DNA from: Yuukianura sp. NJ FZ-2021
Taxonomy: Eukaryota
Direction of reading: 5' to 3'
Length of the DNA stretch: 64,000 bases
Assembly: GCA_046563655.1 (NCBI GenBank)
Contig: CM102286.1
Coordinates: forward strand, 11,470,001-11,534,000
Positions 13,409 through 25,361 of the stretch are shown in pieces; position 1 is the first letter of the stretch, and every line of letters begins with the position of its first letter. The translations under genes and the position numbers were made by a program. Under the pieces are notes generated by a model, which was given only the letters and a program-made list of their open reading frames with translations, did no database searches and was not told the DNA's origin.

Positions 13409-15748
13409 CGCTGCCGTCAATTGACATTTATGATGTCCTCGGAACCTCAGAACTTATTTGAAATACAGCAATGGTTAAATTTTCACTCACTTTTTCAGCT
13501 TTTTTTCTTCAATTCAATAAGAAGTGACTAAACTCTTCATTCAGAACACAGCTAACTTTTTCTCCACAAATTCCCACAAATGCACTGGAACTGAAATCTT
13601 CCTTGTTGTCCGTCGTCGTCAAGGTGCAATACGAAACTGAAACTGATGCATAAAAGGCAAAGCACCAAAAAGCCAGAAGCTGGGATTTCATTCTTAAGCT
13701 TGTTCTTAAGTGGTAAGATCTGGCAGGGTTCCCTTCCATCTGCATGTTTGTGTATTATAGTACTGTAGTATTCTAACCTTAACACAGTTCGCTTTCTCAA
13801 CTCACAATCATGGTGTGACTTTGGAAAACATCAGGAAGAGCAAAAGACGCTGAAAATCCTAAAATCTAGGCAATTCTGAACAGTTTATTTGAAACGTGTA
13901 CTTTGATGTTAGTACTGTAGAATCAATTTTCATAATTTCTGAAAAACGAACAAGCAAGTTTTCTCTCGAAATCCTTGAGATTTCGCCTTACAATTACGAC
14001 ATGCCTTGGCAGTAGAAATTAGAATTGCAAAAAGAAAGCTCAGCTCCATGTCGTTCAATGTCGTGGACCAAGAAGTACATTTGAAAATACAAAAAATGTC
14101 TATCGGCATGCTTTTCGTAAAGCTTGTTTTAACTTTCAAAACTTTGAGGTTCGCCATTTTTGTTCGTAACCTTCGGAGGAGTGTTGTAGAGTTCATGTAA
14201 GTTAGAAAATAACATTCTATAATAACAATTTTCACATTAGAATTTATTCTACATACTTTCCGCTACCATCATGTTAATGAAAAACCAACTTTCCGTCTAG
14301 AAAATGGGAGTGTTTTAATATGCGTTTTTTAAAACTCTGCTTATACTTCCAACGACATACGGTAACACTTTGAAAACTGTTCAACATGATGACAGTGGAA
14401 CGTATTTAAAAAAACGAATACTAATGCGCAAAATGTATCTTCCTGATTTATGAGTGTCGTCTTTGGTATGAGAAATTTTTGGCAAACGTTGGAAGGTTTT
14501 GACACGATTTTTGATGAGATTGGGTCATTTAGTGACCTTTCGGCTTTTTCCGATCATTAGGTCGCGATTTGTAACTTGACCTGTCAGCTTCGGAGTGTCT
14601 CCTCCAGTCACTTAAAAACGTTTATATGTTCTGGTGACCTTTCACCTTCCCGAATTGTGGCATGTGCAGTGTTTTTTTTTATTGTGAAAGCAAAACGGCG
14701 CGGGAAGCGTTTAAAATCAAGGTTAGACAGGCTAACGCCGTGCGGATGTTGTTGAATTTCGACCACGAGAAGCATTAAAAAAAACCTTTCACTTGTAATC
14801 AATCATGAACATTTTTCGAGCTTTTGTATTAATTGTCACAACTCTCGCAATTTGATTTTAAGCTGAATTTAGAACGCACTGCTTCGAAGTAGCGAAAACG
14901 ATTAAATAAACCGCATGCATCGACCTTGTCTGTCTGGCCGTCACTGAATATCATCACGGTTGGTCAATTCTTTCCGATTCCAGTTGACCTGCTGCTCCAC
15001 ATTTCTTACGAATGTGATTTCCTGTTTCGGTTTCCTGTTGCCTACCAATTTCTGTTGTTCCCTGGTTTTCCAACATACTTTAATGTGCATGCTTCTTGTA
15101 GTCATTAGATGTGTTTTCTGTTTCTGTTACCCGTAACGCTATCAGAGGAGTCCGAGGATTGGTGTGGCACGCCAAAAAACACACGGGAAGAAGCGGTTGC
15201 TGTGAGGGTCACTCAACGTATTGGTAACCACAAGGTGTACTGTACTCAATCCTGGCCTGCAACGTGTGGCTACACCGTGCGATTATCTTTTATGTATCTG
15301 TTGTCATTTTAGATTAGTATTAAGTGTCCACATCAGTTGCCGCATAGGTGTATCAACCATTTTTATTAGCTACAAAAATTGGTTGGAGTGGCTACGCATT
15401 GCGGATACAACAGGTTCGTTAATTCTCACGTCGAACGAGGCAAAAGAGAAGTAACAGTCGAAAGGAAGTGGAGAAAGAATACAGATTAATACTTAAGTTA
15501 ATTTAGGAAGTAAGCAGGGTAGGTAACGATTTATTCTGGAGGAAGTATTGATTTCTGCAAGTCAGCCACAACAGAACGTAAGTTCACTCCCTCCTTTTAT
15601 TTTCGAGGTCATTGGGTCAAAAGGATTAGAGTAATAGAATCCGACAAAGCCTGCGAGTCCGAGGATCCGAGTAACTACTAAACTGCGTCGAAACTAAACG
15701 AGAAAGCAGCGTTTTTGTGAAGTAATAAGTAATGAACGACCCACAAGT

Positions 15749-18700
15749 ATGGGATTCACTCAACAGGCTGTTGTAGGAACACTTAAGCGCCAGTACAGCA
15801 ACGAAAATAACACCCATTCTTCCGCTGCAACACACTGCGTGGTTTGTGAGAAAGGCCTTTGCGATGATGATTGTAGCAAAATGAAGGCCCATTTGCAAAA
15901 ACGATTTCGTGAGATCTCGCCAACAACTCAAAGAAAACCGTTAGGCACTATGGATATGCTTCACGATTGTCAACATCTTGCCATGAAGACAGAAGTGCTC
16001 GGAATTACTCAACATCGGAAAGTTGACACGCTGGATCTTGCTACGCTTGCTCAAGTTGTGGATAACGCTGGCAGCGAAAGCTCTACAGGCAGCGAAATTT
16101 CATCTAGCGTCCAAAATTCTACTAGCCACGAATTGTAAGTTCAGCTGACTCACTAAAAACGTTTCGTTATGATTCTTATAATGAATATGCCATTTATCAT
16201 TCATGAAATTGGTTTTGGTTTTTCGTTTCCAGTGAATTGACTTCTAGGCCGGAGACAAACCAGACAGCAGTCCCACTGGAAGTTTCTTCAGTAGTCAAAC
16301 TCCCAACTCTACAACGCGTGACCGAATCCAATACGAGCAATTCTATTCAAGGTTTCACTAACCTTAGGATTTCGCAGACGGAGAATAATGTGGCAAATAC
16401 TACAACCAACTGGCTAAGGAACTGTGAATGCGAATGTAGAGACCGAAAGAAAATTGCGGCTGCAGAAGGTAACTTATCAGTTCTTAAATGGCAAATAGTT
16501 ACTACTGCGCATTAATGCTTGTTCATATTCAATTTCGTATTACCGTCCGACTCATTTTGGGCAGGACGTTATGAAATAAGCTTGGTACACTTTGGGCAAG
16601 GATAAAAATTAGGATTAAATGTAAACTGTATTTTAGGTACTAGCAGCAGCAGCAGCAGCTCAGATTATTCCGAAATTGATGAAAGCAGTAGTATAGAGAC
16701 TGAGATTGATGACGACGTTATTGTAAATGCTGGTGGAGACAAAACGACAAGGATTGCGGTCTTCAAGGAGGATGATCAATGCTCAAATGAAACAATTTTA
16801 AATTCGGGAGACGCGAAACGATACCTTGGTGTACGACCCTCCATGTTCGACTTTGTTCCACCTTTTATTAACTTCTGTCAACACTCCGAGCAGTGTGGCT
16901 GCCTGCCGCCTGAAGTAAGGAATTTGTTGAAATGGAGGTTGTCTACCATAACACCAACAGTTGTTCGTGAAACGGTTAGGAGCAGCGGTAAGATTTGAAC
17001 CTTGAAAATCTATTGTGTAGTATGTTTGTAAACGCCAGCCCTTATATGGCCGTACCGGGCAATTTTATTACTGATCTTCTAAACCAGTGCTTTAACTTAA
17101 CCTTATACGTGTTCTAATAGGATTTCGTTTACTCAAGAAGACTGTAGACTGGACGGGACAGTGGGGAAAGCATATGAAAGCTATTATGTTCCGTGCTTCG
17201 TTGAAGGATTACCAGAAAATCAACCATCTCCCAGCAACATTTCAGGTTGGACGGAAGGACAAATTGTGGCGAAATTATCAGCGACATAGATCCAAATTCG
17301 GGAAGGAGAATTTTGATTTCCTTCCTAAGTCGTATATTTTACCTCAAGAAATGAAGTCGTTCAAAATAGCCTGGGAGGCTTCGCCTAGAGGGAGACCTTG
17401 GATCATTAAACCGGTAATTTTTCATGTGCCATTTTACGCGGCTTGCCGTATACCTACTAATCAATCACAATGTAATTACTAAAACTAAAACTTAACACAT
17501 TTGGATTTAGCCTGCTGGGGCTAGGGGCAATGGTATTCGCGTGATAAACAAATGGGGACAAGTCCCAAAGAAGAGGGCTACAATAGCACAGAAGTATGTT
17601 TGTAAACCGTTTCTCATTAACTCCAGGAAATTCGACGTAAGTTGCTTTTTATATCTAGTTGCACTTGATTTTCTGCGTAGCAAGTTTTCTTGGCCAAAAA
17701 TGATCTTAAATTGGAGAGTATTTCACGATGTTAGAAAAAATTATCTCTGATGAGGATAATTTTTGGACCAAAAAAAATTGTTCCGTTAAATTTTTTAACT
17801 ATCTTGCAAATTCGTTCTTAGCTAACGTATTTGTGTCTTTGTAGATTCGACTGTATGTTCTTGTCACTTCATTCCACCCAATGAAGTAAGTTTCAATTTT
17901 AATTTCATTGTATAAGTAGCCAAGTACACCAGGGCTGGGAACGGTGGAGAGACAAACAACCGTCCCTTCAATCACTGTTGCTTCATATTTAAAATCTAAC
18001 TTGTTGAAAACGTTGAACAGGATATACCTTTACCGTGATGGCCTGGTCAGGTTTGCATCCGTAAAGTACACATCGGCTTCAAAACGTGTATCGGATCGGT
18101 TCATGCACCTTACCAACTACTCAATTAACAAGTACTGTGATTTATATGCGAACAATGCCGACCCAGAGTCCACAGAAGGTCACAAATGGTAAGTATATTG
18201 ATATGGTCAAACTTTTTGGATGAGCTTTAAAGTTTTATTGCTCCATATTTTCTTAATTTACCTTAATCTTAAATACAGGACGCTAAAATCGTTGTGGCGT
18301 TTCCTAAAGAATGAGGGTCACGACGTGGATGACCTTTGGTGCAAATTGGAGGATATTACAATCAAAACCTTTATTTGCGCCGAAGATCAACTTACTGCTT
18401 CTGCCTTCAATTTACCTAGCCGATACAACGGATACGAGTTATTCGGTCTCGACATTATTTTAGACGAAGACCTACGGCCTTGGTTGCTGGAAGTAAACAT
18501 TAGCCCTTCCCTGCACTCTTCGTCGCCTGTGGATACTGCCGTTAAAGCTCCGCTCATCCGAGAAGTGTTCAATATAGTGGGTTACCATTTTCCAGATTCG
18601 TTGCCGAAATTACTGCAGGTTAGCCATTTCAGTCGACATTTACTATTGTAAGTTTTTACTTTTTAATGATGAGTGGATTTTGACGCTACTTTAAACTCGC

Positions 18701-20915
18701 GTCGGCATGAATGAAAAAATCGGAAACAAAAATTAGCGGTGTATCGGTGTAAGTTTGTGAATTTGAATTGATTCAGATCAGAATCAAATTTAAGCGATCG
18801 TTCCCAAGGTCAATTGAGAAAAGTGCCGACGTGTGACCTCCAACCTTTTGTTAATAATATAATAACGCGCATTTATCATGTTGAAGTGCTACTGCAATAT
18901 GAGTGATCTTAATGTCTGTCATTTTGTTTCAATTAGCGGAAGTTGATTTCGGCAGCGGGTAAAGCAGAGCTTGAAACTGCAGTTTTTGATAAGCGGTTAT
19001 ACACGAATGCCCTATCATCGGACGAAAAGGCGAAGCAGAGTGCAGTTAAAACGAATTTCGAAGACAGAGACAAGGTACAGCGCTGATCTCTCGAAATGGG
19101 CCTGGAATTCGCAACCTTTAATTTGACGAACATAATCTTAATAAGTTACTGTTGGACTTTGTTTGCAGTATATAAAAGAAGCGCTGCTGAATTTAACGCC
19201 AGATGATTTGAGATACCTTATCCAAGCCGAAGATGAACTGAGTCAATGTAGTGGATTCAAAAGAATTTTTCCATCTCCTAGTTCCCATGAATACCTACAG
19301 TTTCTTGACGCACCGAGATATTACAACTTACTCTTCGATGCGTGGGAACATGAATACGGATGCTGTAGAGAAGTTGGCATTAAGTATCTCCGACATCAGT
19401 GCAACCTAAAGCTCCATCTGCACGGGACGAAAGATATATGTGTGGTAAGTAAGCGAAATTAAAACCATGGTATTGTAAATAACTTCAAGTAAATTATCTG
19501 CCTCATACTGGTTGCTTGCGAGTCGGACAAGTAAGGAAGGCTTCAATTAAAAAAATTTCATTTTCGAAGTATTACCAGCAGTTACAGTTAACCCTACTGA
19601 AATGGAAATAGGAAGCGCGACTACGAGCCTTAGCAATTTACTGACGACTGGTTTAATACTTGCACTGTTATCTAACTGGTACTGGCAAAATATGTACAAT
19701 GCCGAACCATGCTGTTGTTTATATTAATGTAATAATAGTGCATAAAGTTAATTTCGTGATGTGTAAACATCACGGGTATCCAGGTATATTTAAAACCCAG
19801 GATAGTACATATATGCTTAACAAACTATTGAACTACCACCCTCAACGAAACGATGATATGAGATGTAGCCATTTACCTTTACCGCACGGCACGTAGTCCG
19901 TATAACGACATATAATACGTGGTATAATATCCGTATTTTTCATGATGCCCCAATGCTAAATACATTTGAGTACTATGTATAGTGCGTATTATACAATTAT
20001 ACGTATAATACGGCATTACACAGTATATATCTGAAAAACTACGATGTTTTACGTGCCCTGCTTTACCGTTCGTCATTTACCATACATGAAAGGAGAAATA
20101 CATTTAAATGCGCTACCTCAAAGTATTGTCCCGGAATCTGTAAAGAAACGTTATTGCTATTTAAATCGTATTTAAAACGTAAATGCTATTTAAGACTACG
20201 TTAATGAATAGTAACTTAATCGTGCGTGATCGTAAAACGCAGGTAAGGGAGTTAGCAGCTTTGGCACATGGAATTTTAACCAAGACGAAGGACTGTAAGT
20301 TGGTAAATCAGGCGTAGTCCAAATTCCGTTTGTATTTTCCTTCGGTTGGTACTTTTAGAAAGTTTTTTACCGCCAGAGTCCTGTAATTCATAAATGGTTC
20401 AGTACACGTTACCTAGGTGAGAATTATAGTTAGAAATATACAGAATTGATTAGTACATAGGAAGTTGTTGGGTATTTCTTTTCAATAGAATTATACACTT
20501 TTAGCAAATCGGCTTGTCAAGGAATATGTATACCTGTGGATTTCGGTATTGCTACGAACCTAAAATGCACTCACCTCACTAAGGCCAGGACCAATGGGTC
20601 CTGTAAGTTTTTGCAATGTTTGAAAGTCAAACAAACATTGGCATATCTGCGTTAATTTCCTAATGGAACCCTCATGTTCATATTGTTTGACGCCTTGTGA
20701 AGTATTTAGTAGTAGACATTAGATAGCTGGTGTTTAAAAAATAGAAAACTGGTTTTGAAATTAGAGCAGCGTCATATTATGGAGTATGTACATTTATCAA
20801 TGATGATTGTTTTTGTGTGTCGCAGACCTCGATGGCAAATGATTCGCCTTCGCCCCAGACGGAAGATAAAATCAAAAGCGGGAGTGATTCACCGGTGGCC
20901 GACGGTATTCAATGA
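15749..20915 (+). CDS. TTLL4: Tubulin polyglutamylase/monoglutamylase, TTLL4-like (about 11 exons)
   Basis: TTL-domain motifs across exons: LKWRLSTITPTVVRETV, WTGQWGKHMK, QKINHLPATFQVGRKDKLWRN, WIIKP, QKYVCKPFLINSRKFD, DGLVRFAS, MHLTNYSINK, YELFGLDIILDEDLRPWLLEVNISPSLHS, LTPDDLRYLIQAEDELS..FKRIFP. The last exon 20826-20915 joins in phase 0 after the donor at 19445. Confidence 0.88.
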
Positions 20916-21107
20916 AGTTAGGGCTTAAAAATTTTGTGTATTCGTCGATGCTGTCTTGACCTTGACCCAAATGGGATTTTCTGTTAATATGTTTTGTCAA
21001 GCCGTTAAACGGGGAGGGTCGTGGAACGTTAGCATGGGCATTGTGTTGATGCTGTTCATTGCCTCAATGTTAACTTTTTGTCTCCTCTTTATAATGTCAA
21101 TTGTAAT

Positions 21108-21470
21108 GGGTCTGACTAGTCTTCTGAATCCTCTGATTTTTTTTGGGAATCCTCTGAGTTTCTTCCCTGTAACTTCCCAAGCCTGGGAAATGCTTGGGAA
21201 GTGTAGGGAAATGAAAAATAAGACTTCGTAGGACTTTGGAATTTTGAAAAAGTGCACGGGTCAACCCGAGGGTAGCATTTTAGGTTTTTCGAATTCCTCT
21301 GAATTTCTTCCCTGTAACTTCCCAAGCCTGGGAAATGCTTGGGAAGTGTAGGGAAATGAAAAATAAGACTTCGTAGGACTTTGGAATTTTGAAAAAGTGC
21401 ACGGGTCAACCCGAGGGTAGCATTTTAGGTTTTTCGAATTCCTCTGAATTTCTTCCCTGTAACTTCCCAA
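21108..21470. repeat. Left TIR: unique tip plus ~2.2 copies of a 145-bp unit
   Basis: cctctga recurs at 21151, 21296 and 21441 (period 145). The block is the reverse complement of the 32940-33695 array. Confidence 0.93.
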
Positions 21471-21685
21471 GGGATTGTATACGACAGACTCCTTTCACTT
21501 TTAGGTCCACCTTATTGTTATTATATGGCAAAGCATTTGTACTATGTTTACTTCATTGCAGATTGATACACTAATTTCCTACGTAAACCTAAATAAATAA
21601 TTAAACTAATAAATAAAAAAATTTATATAACCAAATACAACTAAAAATTCCTAAATAATGATTGTTATGAAAGGAAGCTCTGAAA

Positions 21686-23263
21686 TTACGACGGACATTC
21701 ACCACAGTTAAAATATGGCACATCAGTTCGTTGTGGTGTGCAACTCTTATGCGTCCAAGTTCGGCATTTGACACAAAGAACCATTTCGTCAAACTTTGTC
21801 CCATTACCTTGACAAGAGCTCCCTGCACAGCGTTTCCAACTTGCCGCACTGTAGCGACCTCCAATTTCTTGCCGGAACAAGTAGTTACACCTGTCTTTCA
21901 CTGCATTTATTGTTGACTCTTTTTCTGTAATCATATTAGCACTCATTCTGGCTTTTTCATCATACGGCAGCTTCTCCACGGCCACCTTTTCCTCGTTCTT
22001 TCGCCTTACTAAGTGAAGTTTAGGATTCGAAGGTTTTGGTACTTGTGCAAGTTTGTGAAGTGCCCACCTCCTTAACCGCTCCGATTGACCAGCATTGTCC
22101 TCATCAACAAATTCACTTCTGGAAACGATCGCAGCTGCATTAAGACATGCGTACAGTCCGCAATCATTGCCATTCCTCTGCCTCGGCACATCAGTGGCAT
22201 ACACATGTTTCCAATCATCCAAGCGGAATTCGGTCCCGGCTACTGCGTGAGCCGTTTCACTAATATATGCCAACACTCGAAATTCTTCTGTTGGTGGTCG
22301 GTAAGTCGGCATTGAGTCCATCACGACAATGGTTTTTGGGTGAAATAGGATTCCTCCCAATTTGAAATGATTTCCGCCATTTTTTTCTACATTTACCAGC
22401 ACTACATCCTTGTTTAGCAACTCAAGGTTGTGTGCCACGTTCATGCATGTATAGAAATCCGTCCTGTCCTTAGTCAGGGCATTTTCTGCCATGCGGTACT
22501 CATGACTCAGCACAACAGCAACGGAGTCTTCTAGTCCCGCTTCTTGAACCAAGCGGATGAGAACGGAGTCAACAGCGTTCTCCGTCAACCACTCGCCTGG
22601 TGCAAGTGTCCAAAACTCTGGCATCTTTAGGACTTCAGCTATTTCCGGTGTATTAAACTTCGGTGTATTCAGCAGACTTTTCAATATGTTCGACCTTATG
22701 TTCTGTAACATCTCTTCTTTACAGCTCTCCTCTACTTTCTGCTTTAGAGCAGTGCTTGGCAATGGTTGCGAACTGGATATTTGCCGCTTGCATTTTTGCG
22801 GAAGCGGTTTGTGCACCTTCGTCTCTAGTGGGTCGTTCTCCAACGATCCTTGCGCTTCTTCTGTTTCTATTACTTTTTTTGATCCTGCTTTAGACTCAGT
22901 GAATGCCCTGCCATATCTCCCGGCCGGTGATCCTGTTTGAGATGCATATATCGACTCGTCGTCTGTACCGGACTGGGCTACCTTCTGGGATCCATATAGC
23001 GTGTTGTCTACTGTATTACACTGCGATCTTTCTTCAGATCCATCTCGCGACTTGTCGTCAGTTAATGCATGCGATCCTGCTATCGGCCTCCCGTGTTTAG
23101 CGGCTGTAAACTCTCCTGAGTCACACCTAGGTAGCGGCCCGCCCTGTTTGGCGTCTGGAATTCTTTCTACAGACCTTGCTGTCGATTCACCTTGTTTAGT
23201 GATTGTTGTTTCCACTTCAGACCAACCTGACGTCCCGCCATGTGTATACTCCGGCGATCCTCC
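21686..23263 (-). CDS. Ulp1/C48 SUMO-protease domain + C-terminal PHD finger; transposon-borne and probably the 3' exon of a disrupted gene
   Basis: EWLTENAVD, GGNHFKL (His), IVVMDSM (Asp) and PRQRNGNDCGLY (Gln, Cys) match the C48 catalytic layout. CAGSSC..MVLCVKCRTWTHKSC..FNCGEC is a C4HC3 PHD finger. The frame is open up to a TAG at 23264-23266 with no early ATG, so that TAG may be a splice acceptor. Confidence 0.82.
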   Translation of the reverse strand, partial: GGSPEYTHGGTSGWSEVETTITKQGESTARSVERIPDAKQGGPLPRCDSGEFTAAKHGRPIAGSHALTDDKSRDGSEERSQCNTVDNTLYGSQKVAQSGTDDESIYASQTGSPAGRYGRAFTESKAGSKKVIETEEAQGSLENDPLETKVHKPLPQKCKRQISSSQPLPSTALKQKVEESCKEEMLQNIRSNILKSLLNTPKFNTPEIAEVLKMPEFWTLAPGEWLTENAVDSVLIRLVQEAGLEDSVAVVLSHEYRMAENALTKDRTDFYTCMNVAHNLELLNKDVVLVNVEKNGGNHFKLGGILFHPKTIVVMDSMPTYRPPTEEFRVLAYISETAHAVAGTEFRLDDWKHVYATDVPRQRNGNDCGLYACLNAAAIVSRSEFVDEDNAGQSERLRRWALHKLAQVPKPSNPKLHLVRRKNEEKVAVEKLPYDEKARMSANMITEKESTINAVKDRCNYLFRQEIGGRYSAASWKRCAGSSCQGNGTKFDEMVLCVKCRTWTHKSCTPQRTDVPYFNCGECPS

Positions 23264-23383
23264 CTATCCCCACTAGCCGGGAATGAACATTGAATACAAA
23301 TATTAGAAATTTTTAAAAATTGAAAAGTCAATGCTAGCCTCCTGATAAAACCGCAAGAAAGTGGTAAAGAAGAATCTACATAT

Positions 23384-25245
23384 TGTTACGTGGCGTTACT
23401 CTCCTGTCAGTAACCACCACGGAAAACGCTCGAATCTCCTCCCAGAACCTGGAGACTCCTAAAGAAATGACCTCTCGTGACCTCCGTGACCTCGATCAGT
23501 TATTGTCAAATCTTTATTAAATGTAAAAGAGATCTTTTACAAGAGACTTTTGAGCTCACTGAGAGCTAAACATTGAATGAATCTAGAATTCCTCAGCAAG
23601 TGATTCTAATCTTTTTCAGTGGACTTGGGGTTTGGTCAGGATTTGCAAAATCCTCCAAAACCACCAAGTCGAAAACATAACTGTACATTAGATAATCCAA
23701 TTAACCTACATTCCTAACTGTAGGGGAAGAAACAGTAAACACACAAACAACTTGGCCTTGAGGGGTCAAAATACTACATTTTAGCTAGAAATGTAACTAA
23801 AAACTGTGGACGAAACTTACTACATAACAGTACTCCGGGGGATCTTCAAGTCACGTCCGCGTGACTGCTAATTGTTGTTGTTGTCGACGGCAGCAACGAC
23901 ATTCACACGGGGATTGGGAATGTAATTTGGATTCGGTGGGGCTCCGGGTGGGGGCCGAAGGCGAAGTGGTCGTTGAACCAAACAGTCTGCTGCTAAATGG
24001 CCTTGAGCCCGGCAGACGTAACAAAGGCGACGTCTCTCAGCTCGTCCACCAAATGTTACGTGGCGTTACTCTCCTGTCAGTAACCACCACGGAAAACGCT
24101 CGAATCTCCTCCCAGAACCTGGAGACTCCTAAAGAAATGACCTCCGTGACCTCGATCAGTTATTGTCAAATCTTTATTAAATGTAAAAGAGATCTTTTAC
24201 AAGAGACTTTTGAGCTCACTGAGAGCTAAACATTGAATGAATCTACAATTCCTCAGCAAGTGATTCTAATCTTTTTCAGTGGACTTGGGGTTTGGTCAGG
24301 ATTTGCAAAATCCTCCAAAACCACCAAGTCGAAAACATAACTGTACATTAGATAATCCAATTAACCTACATTCCTAACTGTAGGGGGAGAAAAACAGAAC
24401 ACACAAACAACTTGGCCTTGAGGGGTCAAAATACTACATTTTAGCTAGAAATGTAACTAAAAACTGTGGACGAAACTTACTACATAACAGTACTCCGGGG
24501 GATCTTCAAGTCACGTCCGCGTGACTGCTAATTGTTGTTGTTGTCGACGGCAGCAACGACATTCACACGGGGATTGGGAATGTAATTTGGATTCGGTGGG
24601 GCTCCGGGTGGGGGCCGAAGGCGAAGTGGTCGTTGAACCAAACAGTCTGCTGCTAAATGGCCTTGAGCCCGGCAGACGTAACAAAGGCGACGTCTCTCAG
24701 CTCGTCCACCAAATGTTACGTGGCGTTACTCTCCTGTCAGTAACCACCACGGAAAACGCTCGAATCTCCTCCCAGAACCTGGAGACTCCTAAAGAAATGA
24801 CCTCCGTGACCTCCATCAGTTATTGTCAAATCTTTATTAAATGTAAAAGAGATCTTTTACAAGAGACTTTTGAGCTCACTGAGAGCTAAACATTGAATGA
24901 ATCTACAATTCCTCAGCAAGTGATTCTAATCTTTTTCAGTGGACTTGGGGTTTGGTCAGGATTTGCAAAATCCTCCAAAACCACCAAGTCGAAAACATAA
25001 CTGTACATTAGATAATCCAATTAACCTACATTCCTAACTGTAGGGGGAGAAAAACAGAACACACAAACAACTTGGCCTTGAGGGGTCAAAATACTACATT
25101 TTAGCTAGAAATGTAACTAAAAACTGTGGACGAAACTTACTACATAACAGTACTCCGGGGGATCTTCAAGTCACGTCCGCGTGACTGCTAATTGTTGTTG
25201 TTGTCGACGGCAGCAACGACATTCACACGGGGATTGGGAATGTAA
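23384..25245 (-). mobile_element. Tandem array of three LTR-like units (23384-24023, 24054-24683, truncated 24714-25245) separated by an identical 30-bp PBS-like spacer
   Basis: Period 660 bp. Full units have 8-bp inverted ends TGTTACGT...ACGTAACA. The minus strand has AATAAA ~130 bp before the unit end, and the spacer reads TT-TGGTGGACGAGCTGAGAGACGTCGCCTT on the minus strand. Confidence 0.78.
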
Positions 25246-25246
25246 C

Positions 25247-25339
25247 AAAACAAAAGAAACGCTCCGAGTCGTGTAGACTCATTGAGCAAGGGCAGAAAAA
25301 ATGAAAAAGAGAATAAAGGTCAAAGATTGACCTCCTTCA
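25247..25339 (-). repeat. 3' LTR remnant of the copia element (first 93 bp)
   Basis: Identical by eye to 32145-32237. It starts TGAAGGAGG on the minus strand directly after the PPT. Confidence 0.9.
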
Positions 25340-25350
25340 TTCCCTCCCTC
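25340..25350 (-). promoter_or_regulatory. Polypurine tract (PPT)
   Basis: GAGGGAGGGAA on the minus strand directly abuts the TG of the 3' LTR and lies 11 nt after the ORF stop. Confidence 0.88.
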
Positions 25351-25361
25351 AATCTTATGAC

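Noticed and set aside
23861..24889. Two identical 122-aa ORFs (MTANCCCCRR...)
   Set aside because: They are by-products of the 660-bp repeat, start at GTG, run antisense across LTR/spacer junctions and have no recognisable domain.
23384..25245. CRISPR-like repeat/spacer reading of the array
   Set aside because: The spacers are identical, the repeats are 630 bp, the context is eukaryotic and there are no cas genes.
25241..25339. Reading the ~100-bp TG...CA direct repeat (also 32138-32237) as a complete tiny LTR
   Set aside because: The PBS lies at 31872-31883, so the 5' LTR is 352 bp and the 3' copy is truncated. No TSD flanks the 100-bp version.
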